IMG/VR virus record: IMGVR_UViG_3300037067_007554 | Location: 1-64,000 of that record | Reading direction: 5' to 3' (one strand) | Length of the DNA stretch: 64,000 nucleotides | Source of the DNA: a virus | Taxonomy: Duplodnaviria > Caudoviricetes | Shown here: positions 61,643 to 64,000 of the stretch, one piece after another | How positions within the stretch are numbered: position 1 is the stretch's first letter | How the letters are laid out: every line of letters starts with the position of its first letter | The notes under the pieces: model-generated | Seen by the model: the letters and a program-made list of their open reading frames with translations, nothing else | Database searches by the model: none | Told to the model about the DNA's origin: nothing | Translations under genes and position numbers: made by a program

Positions 61643-62233
61643 TTACTTCGGATCAGGAATCGGGGTAAACACGTATTCGAGCCCACTCGACCGGGCCAAA
61701 TCGCCCGGTTCGGTGGCACGGTCAGCAAGGTTTGGTACCGGGTCAAAACCGCCGACACGCAAGGCCCACGACACGGCATCGCTACAGAATCTCCACCGAT
61801 GCTTGCCGTTGGCTTGATCGTTCATACTGGTCGGAAAAAACAAACGCAGAAACGGCGTGTGCCGCAAGGTGACACCGATGAGCGACCACCAACCATACGG
61901 CGTACCAGTAAGCCTACGCATCGCCTGGACGGCTTTCGCGGCGTCGAACGGCTTCGGCCCGGGGACCACGCGATAGACATCCCAGCGGCCCCAGGAACGT
62001 TCCACCTGCTCCTTGAAGCACGTCGCCCGCCCGCCCGTGGTCTGGAGTTGCTCCAAGCACATCACATCCTCACCCCATCGGGCGGCCATGGCGCCGTGGG
62101 AATAGCGGGTACGTCCCACCATGGCGATGATGATGCTCGCCGGCCGCAACCAGGGCCGATAGAGGAGCACGCTGGCATCCTCGATCCGGTCGGCGGCTTC
62201 GGAATATGGGATCTTTTTGAACGCGGTGACCAT
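61643..62233 (-). CDS. permuted papain-like (YiiX/YebB, NlpC/P60 superfamily) amidase/peptidase
   Basis: His-before-Cys order: RYSHGAM..GTPYG..RFCSDAV..EPGDL. Confidence 0.8.
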   Translation of the reverse strand: MVTAFKKIPYSEAADRIEDASVLLYRPWLRPASIIIAMVGRTRYSHGAMAARWGEDVMCLEQLQTTGGRATCFKEQVERSWGRWDVYRVVPGPKPFDAAKAVQAMRRLTGTPYGWWSLIGVTLRHTPFLRLFFPTSMNDQANGKHRWRFCSDAVSWALRVGGFDPVPNLADRATEPGDLARSSGLEYVFTPIPDPK

Positions 62234-62294
62234 GTTCCCAAGCACAACATTTTCGCAGAGCAATTGCAAGGCCCGAAATTAGGCCACGTACCCC

Positions 62295-62570
62295 CTAGTC
62301 GGGTAAGCCGTAGTGACGGCGGTATTCTCGCGCCTGGCACACCACGCATTGGCACCCCTCGGGGCAATCATCCCTGTGTTGCGTCGTAGCCTGCGGTTCC
62401 GTTGGACGGTCATCGGGACGAGCCCGGAGATGCCGAGCCCGTACCACGGTGGCTACCGTGCCGCGAGAGACTCCGACGGCCACGGAGATGAGGCGAGTGC
62501 AAAGGCCCTGGTCGTGAAGCTCAAGAATCCGGAGTTCTTTTACGACGGGTATCAATTGGGCGTCCTCCAT
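62295..62570 (-). CDS. HTH-domain protein
   Basis: RILELHDQGLCTRLISVAVGVSRGTVATVV; C-terminal CQCVVC. Confidence 0.65.
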   Translation of the reverse strand: MEDAQLIPVVKELRILELHDQGLCTRLISVAVGVSRGTVATVVRARHLRARPDDRPTEPQATTQHRDDCPEGCQCVVCQAREYRRHYGLPD

Positions 62571-62787
62571 GCTTTTTGCGGCCGAACATCTCGGGCTTGG
62601 TTGGGAGTCGGTCTTCGTCCTTCAGAGTTGAATCATGCTCATGCCATAGTTCCATACCTGCCGCTAGCCGTTCGCGGAGCAACTCGATTTTGGCGGTAGT
62701 GCCCGGCCGGGCGTCGGTCGGCTCTGAGACTGGCCCTGGCTCGTACTCGGGGTCGGCTTCGGGTGGTGACGGAAACCAGCCAGTCAT
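62521..62787 (-). CDS. conserved phage hypothetical protein (PT.A.PGT..KIE.LR.R...G..LWH..D)
   Basis: GGGAG RBS; recognisable motif. Confidence 0.65.
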   Translation of the reverse strand: MTGWFPSPPEADPEYEPGPVSEPTDARPGTTAKIELLRERLAAGMELWHEHDSTLKDEDRLPTKPEMFGRKKHGGRPIDTRRKRTPDS

Positions 62788-62796
62788 GGTTACTCC

Positions 62797-63117
62797 CTAG
62801 TATCCAGCCTCACGCCATAGGCGTTCATATCGCTCTGCGTCCGACTCGGGCGGCTGGTACGGTTCAAACGCATCGTCATACCAGTCCCAATCGAGCGGGT
62901 AGTAATTCGCTACCTCCAATTCGTCCCGTTCGTCGCGGTCGTCAAATTCGCGTTCGTGGTCATCAGCCAAGTCGTAGCAGGACTCCCAGCCGCCCTCCAT
63001 GTCATCCCAGTGGTCTTCACGTTCTTCCTGCTCGCGTTTCGCCCGATCCTTTGCCGCAGCTTCGACTTCAGCGAGGTACTCGGCGTACAGGTCAGCGTGT
63101 AGTTGGCCACGGTTCAT
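62797..63117 (-). CDS. highly acidic hypothetical protein
   Basis: AAGGAG RBS; D/E-rich. Confidence 0.65.
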   Translation of the reverse strand: MNRGQLHADLYAEYLAEVEAAAKDRAKREQEEREDHWDDMEGGWESCYDLADDHEREFDDRDERDELEVANYYPLDWDWYDDAFEPYQPPESDAERYERLWREAGY

Positions 63118-63118
63118 G

Positions 63119-63344
63119 CTACTTCTCCTTCGCTCCCAGCCTCACGGCCTGTGCTCGCTTGGCTGGCGTGAGATCGTAGTGCGGGGTGCCGTTGCGAGAC
63201 AACTGCCGCCATGCCGGCTTGAACCCAAGTTGCAGCGGAGGAATCGAGTTCGTCTGGCATGTCGGCCGTGAGATGGCAGACACGGCATGCGCCACACCAC
63301 ATCGTCTCTGGAATCTTTCGCAGACGATCCACATACACGACCAT
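63119..63344 (-). pseudogene. DUF4031-family gene split by a frameshift near 63232
   Basis: Frame A: MVVYVD..CHLTADMPDEL; frame B: QLGFKPAW..PHYDLTPAKRAQAVRLGA. Confidence 0.65.
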
Positions 63345-63574
63345 CAGTCACCGCCTTTCTTCACCGAGAAACTCCGCATGGCCCCTGAGCCTTTAATCAC
63401 CTTTCCAAGGCATCGGTCTAAGTCTGCAATCGTCTTGTCAATCACCGGGTTATGGTGTCGATACACCACAATCCACGCAATATTCTTAGCCCACCGCTCG
63501 CAGAGCACTTCCAAGATACTGAGACAGACCAACCACACGAACAGGAGTATGGCGCAAACCCAAATTGCTATCAT
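63344..63574 (-). CDS. small membrane protein
   Basis: ATGA overlap; MIAIWVCAILLFVWLVCLSIL TM. Confidence 0.6.
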   Translation of the reverse strand: MIAIWVCAILLFVWLVCLSILEVLCERWAKNIAWIVVYRHHNPVIDKTIADLDRCLGKVIKGSGAMRSFSVKKGGD

Positions 63575-64000
63575 GAGATTTTTCCTGTGTCTACATATAA
63601 TTTCAAATCTCGTCCGCTCTCGGCGCGAATGCCGCGCACCTTTCCGAGCCGAATCCAATGAGCGAGAGACGTTCGGGCGGATCGTTCGTTCGCGTAATGG
63701 TGCTTAATCGCAGCAATCGCTGCCCTCAAGCCAATCCCTGGAGTCAGTTCAACAATGTCGCGCAGCATCTCGCATGTCCGCTTAAACGGAGACCAGGACG
63801 CACCACCCGGTGAACCCGCTTCACAAAACGTCTTTTGCCTATCATCCAGACACCGGAACACGTATGCCGGAAGTGGACGGCGGTTGATCCTCGGGGCCAA
63901 TTGTTCGGAAATCCACCGTCCGTCAACGCTGATACATCCGATGCCATAGTGCTCAAGGATGATCTTTGCCTCGCTACAATAGTCCTTTAGCGGTGCGGCC
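63571..64000 (-). CDS. 3' part of a gene running off the window edge (possible MmcB-like / PD-(D/E)XK family C-terminus)
   Basis: Frame open from 64000: ..ILEHYGIGCI..FCEAG..SPFKRT..PGIGL..HHY; the family guess is from recall only. Confidence 0.5.
   Translation of the reverse strand, partial: AAPLKDYCSEAKIILEHYGIGCISVDGRWISEQLAPRINRRPLPAYVFRCLDDRQKTFCEAGSPGGASWSPFKRTCEMLRDIVELTPGIGLRAAIAAIKHHYANERSARTSLAHWIRLGKVRGIRAESGRDLKLYVDTGKIS

Overview
The window is about 64 kb of a GC-rich tailed dsDNA phage or prophage genome, extending past the right edge. The head-tail adaptor and nozzle look P22/T7-like and no tape measure gene is visible, so it is probably podovirus-like. The host is very likely a Planctomycete, based on a DUF1580-type HTH, a DUF1257/DUF2997/Ycf46-AAA module and a planctomycete-type bL12 N-terminus. 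There are three main blocks. (1) Minus strand 26.6 kb to 0.8 kb: scaffold, major capsid, decoration, terminase, portal, adaptor, nozzle and a tail protein, interleaved with eight glycan-building or glycan-modifying genes (GT2, GT4, Stealth, pyruvyl transferase, FrhB-like oxidoreductase, SAM methyltransferases). (2) Plus strand 26.8-53.6 kb: about 55 mostly small early/middle genes, a RepA-like AAA helicase followed by an ori-like repeat region, an HNH endonuclease, several structured non-coding elements and a serine recombinase. (3) Minus strand 64 kb to 53.5 kb: tail-fibre genes and a membrane/lysis-like module with two papain-fold enzymes. The most notable signals are an array of single-gene cassettes each headed by a covarying CACTCGCCCG-hairpin repeat (47.1-50.1 kb); a stand-alone ribosomal bL12 N-terminal-domain mimic behind a large structured RNA leader; a virion-linked glycosylation island with an FrhB-GT4 fusion; a tRNA-like element; a candidate 400-nt ncRNA; and five SPEPW...ACVNA paralogs. 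All family names come from motif recognition by eye, not from database searches. Start codons were re-called from RBS and overlap context where the ORF track was too long.
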